From: Hemiscyllium ocellatum
Taxonomy: Eukaryota
Assembly: GCF_020745735.1 (NCBI RefSeq)
Contig: NC_083410.1
Span: 4,562,117-4,626,116, forward strand
DNA length: 64,000 nt
Direction of reading: 5' to 3'
Under the pieces are notes generated by a model. The model did not search any database and was not told the DNA's origin. It saw nothing but the letters and a program-made list of their open reading frames with translations. Both the position numbers and the translations under genes were made by a program. This document shows, one piece after another, positions 60,473 to 64,000 of the stretch (positions are counted from its first letter, which is position 1; each line of letters begins with the position of its first letter).

Positions 60473-60817
60473 GTGCAAATCCCCCAGTCCTTCTCCAGTC
60501 TCCGAGCCTGGAACATGTCACCGAGGGTCACACTGCCCAGTTACAGTGCACCATGAGGAACGCCACAGTGACACACACTGATGTTCACTGGAACCGCAAA
60601 CAACCAGGGAAAAACGTGGAGAGGGTTTTAACACATGACGTGAGGAACATCACACAATGGAGCCAAGGATTCACTGAGCGATTCCAGTCTTCTAGAGACC
60701 CCTCCAATAACAGCTTCATTCTGACCATCACAAATCTGCAGCCCAGTGACACTGCGGTCTATTACTGTAGAGTGTGGGGAGATATCAGTGGGAATGGAAC
60801 CCAGCTGACTGTAACAG
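60473..60817 (+). CDS. Ig superfamily V-set exon B2 (gene 2), pre-joined V-J type
   Basis: ttttctcttaaag|GT acceptor, ACA G|gtaagt donor, 345 nt, phase 1-1, open; GANPPVLLQSPSLEHVTEGHTAQLQC...DVHW...DTAVYYCRVWGDISGNGTQLTVT. Confidence 0.92.
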
Positions 60818-61599
60818 GTAAGTATATAAAAAATTGTTTGAAACAAAATGGCATCAAAACAGTGAACTCAGTAACAGTATTCCCACTATAGAGGAGACAG
60901 GATTGGAGACTTGGAGTTGTGATGTTGTCAGCTTATCTCTGACCCATATTCCATGGAGCTGTGAATCTTCCCTGGGCATGACATTGAGGAATTCATCTTC
61001 TTTCACAATTTCTCCTTTGATCAGAATCAACTAGCTTCTCAAACTCAATGGAAATACTTTTTTAAAATATTAATTAACTTGTAGGATATGGATCTCACTG
61101 GCTGGATCAGCATTTATTGCCTGTCCCTAGTTGCCCATGAAAATGTGGTGCTGAGCTGCCATCTTGAACTGCTGCAGTCCGTGTGCTGGGGGGAGACCCA
61201 CAATGACCTTAGGGAGGGAATTGTATTATTTTGACTGAGTGACACTGAAGGAACTGCAAAATATTTCCAAGTCAGAATGGTGTGTAGCTTGGAGGAGACC
61301 ATGGAGCTGGTGTGGTTCCGATGTGTCTGCTGCCCTTGTCTCTCTAGATAGAAGTGGTCATGGGTTAGGAAGGTCCTGTTATAGCATATTTGTGAATTTT
61401 TGCAGTACATCTTGTAAATAATACTCACTGCTGCTGCTGAGCATTGGTGATTGAAGGACTGGACACTTGTAGAAGTGGCGTCAAAAAAGCACCTGCTTTG
61501 CCTTGGATGGTCAGTTACTATTCTATCATTTATGAAATTTCTGAGTAATCTGCAAACTTAGAAATTATCGCTTGTATTCCCAAATCCATGATAAATAGA

Positions 61600-64000
61600 A
61601 TCATAGAATTCTCTCCATGGCATTAACATCCTTCCTTAAACAAATTGCCCAGAACTGAACAAAGCGCTCTAAATATGGCCTGACCAATGATTTGTAGAGT
61701 AGTCGTATCACTTCCTTGCTTTTATACCCTGTGCTTCTCTCTATAAACCCAGAGATCCTATTAGCCTTCTGAACAACTACTTGAACTTACTTGGCCACCT
61801 TCAGAGGACCATGCATTGAATGCCAAGGTCCCTCTGCTCCTGTACTCCCCTCAACATTGTACCATTGAGCCTGTAGTATCTCTCTGTGCTTCCCATATAG
61901 AAATACATTACCTCCCATTTCTCTCCACTTAGCTTCATCTTGTCGGGTGTTTGCCCATTGGACCAATTTATCAATGACCCTATGAATTTGCTCAGCACCA
62001 TTCCTCCAATTCGCTATTTTCTCTACCTCAGTATCTGGGACACCACATAGTCACAGTTGTCCACACACTCACACACCTTGCATCACAACAGTGAGACTCC
62101 ATTGCAAATTCTTCTCAGCATTGTCCCAGTCTTTCAAGAGTAATTTAAGAAGAAGAACACGGATAAACTAAAATAATATTTTTAAACAGCACTTTTCAGA
62201 ACCTCAAGAGGTCCCAACATAATTTACAATCAATGGCATGCGTTAGTTTCTTGGAAAAATACACAGGAAGATACCACAAACATTGTCTAATAAAGCAGAG
62301 TCAACAAGGGCTTTGTGGAAAGGGAAATCTTGTCTTCCTAATTTATCAGAGATTTTTGAGCAAGACATGATGAGGATAGATAGAGGGTAACCAGTGGATG
62401 TGTTATATTTGGACTCTCAGAAAGCATTTGACAAAGTACCTCCCAAAAGGTTAAGTATTCAGAGAACAGCCCATGGTCGTGGTCATTGGTGTGAATAGAG
62501 AATTGGGAAATGAGCAGAAAACAGGGAGTGGTGAGAAGGGCTTTTTTGTCAGATTGATGGGGGGGTTTCACAGGCATCAGTGAAGGGACCACAACTGTTT
62601 AAAATATATATGATTGACTGGGCAGAAGGAAGTGCATGTACTTTAGCCAAATTTCCAAATGACAGAAAAAATATGTGGAAAGGCAGTTTGACAGAGGGAT
62701 ATAAACAGTTTATAAAGAGATATTGTTTGGTTAAATAAGTGGGAAAATGTTGACAAATAGAGTAACAGGGAAATGGGAAGCTGTTCATTTTGAGATAGAC
62801 AACAAAAGAACACATTTTTACACACAGAAATTGCAGAGAGCTGTAACACAAAGGGAATGGGGGGATCTAGTGTGTGAAACACAGAAAGCTAGTACACAGG
62901 GGCAGCAGGTAATCAGGAAAGCTCATGCAATGTTGGCCCTCAGTTCAATGGGGTTGGAGTATGAGAGTCAGGAAGTCTTACTGCAATTTTTAAATGCTGT
63001 GGAGACTACATCAACAGTAGTATCAACAGTTTTGGTTCCCATATTCCAGAAAAGATAACATTTCATTGAAGACAGTTCAATGCAATTACACTGAGATGAT
63101 CACTTGTTTGGAGGGATTGTCATTTGAGCAAAGGCTGAACAGGTTGGGCTTCCCCTCATTGGAGTTTAGGAGAATGATAGGTGATCTCATTGAAACATAC
63201 AGGATTTATGAGGTGCCTGATGGGGTCAATGCTGAGAGGATGTTTCCCCTCAGGGGAGAGTCTAGGACCAGAGGGCATCATCTCAGAATAAAGCGACATA
63301 GAACATGGTGCGTGACCTGTGAACTATTCTCAGCTCGCCCCCCTCCCAAACTATCCCAAAATCATCCATGTGCTTATCTAAGGATTGTTTAGGTCTCCCT
63401 AATGTGGCTGAGTTGACTGCCTTAGCAGGTAGGGCATTCCACTCTCTGCGTAAAGAAATTGCCTCTGATGTCTGTCTTAAATCTATCACCCCTCAATTTG
63501 TACTTATGCCCCCTCATACAAGCTGTTATCATCATCCTAGGAAAAAGACTTTCACTGTCTACCCTATCTAATCCTCTGATCATCTTGTATGCCTCTGTCA
63601 AATCCCCTCTTAGCCTTCTTCTTTCCAATGAGAACAGACCCAAGTTTCTCAGTCTATCCTTATAAGTCCTTCCCTCCAGACCAGGCAACGTTCTGGTAAT
63701 CTCCTCTGCACCTTTTCCAATGCTTCCACATCCTTCCTGAAATATGGGGACCAGAAATGTAAGCAATATTCTAAGTGTGGCCGCACCAGCATTTTGTATA
63801 GTTGCAGCATGATATTGCAGCTCCAGAACACATTCCCTCTTCCAATGAAACCTAACACACTGTATGCCTTATTAAGCAGCATTATCCACCTGGGTGGCAA
63901 CTTTCAGGGACCTATGTACATGGACACCAAGATCCCTCTGCACCTCCACACTACCAAGAATCTTTCCATTGATCCAGTATTCTGCCTTCCTGTTATTTTT
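61600..64000. mobile_element. Old CR1 fragments, both orientations
   Basis: Degenerate RT and 3' motifs at ~61600-62000 (-), 62270-63290 (+) and 63300-64000 (-, catagaa tail at ~63297). Confidence 0.75.

Noticed and set aside
19827-60817. Calling the V exons rearranging TCR/Ig segments or assigning NCR3/IGL symbols
   Set aside because: V and J are fused with a splice donor directly after, no RSS or C1 exon was seen, and orthology cannot be established without a search.

Overview
Eukaryotic genomic DNA, inferred to be from a cartilaginous fish (shark/ray) because it carries HE1-like SINEs and HER1/CR1-like LINEs with (CATAGAA)n tails. Most of the window is retroelement sequence: two young CR1 LINEs, many decayed CR1 pieces, at least six Penelope-like (RT + GIY-YIG) insertions carrying minimal hammerhead-ribozyme motifs, a Tx1/L1-type LINE, Gypsy remnants, SINEs and minisatellites. 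Embedded on the + strand are two tandem paralogous immunoglobulin-superfamily genes built from single-exon, pre-joined V-J domains with no recombination signals. Gene 1 has V(A1) 19827-20177, V(A2) 22201-22551 and V(B1) ~25883-26212, an unresolved or damaged transmembrane region near 29390-29580, two small exons (29618-29659, 29755-29797) that splice into a canonical ITAM (AVYL|MLQPVDQSVYSDL), and a probable last exon at 39051. Gene 2 has a leader exon 45859-45910, V(A3) 50771-51121 and V(B2) 60473-60817, and runs off the window. The most interesting candidate system is this non-rearranging, antigen-receptor-like multi-VJ receptor family with its own cytoplasmic ITAM. All splice models were read by eye and need transcript evidence; novelty needs a database search.
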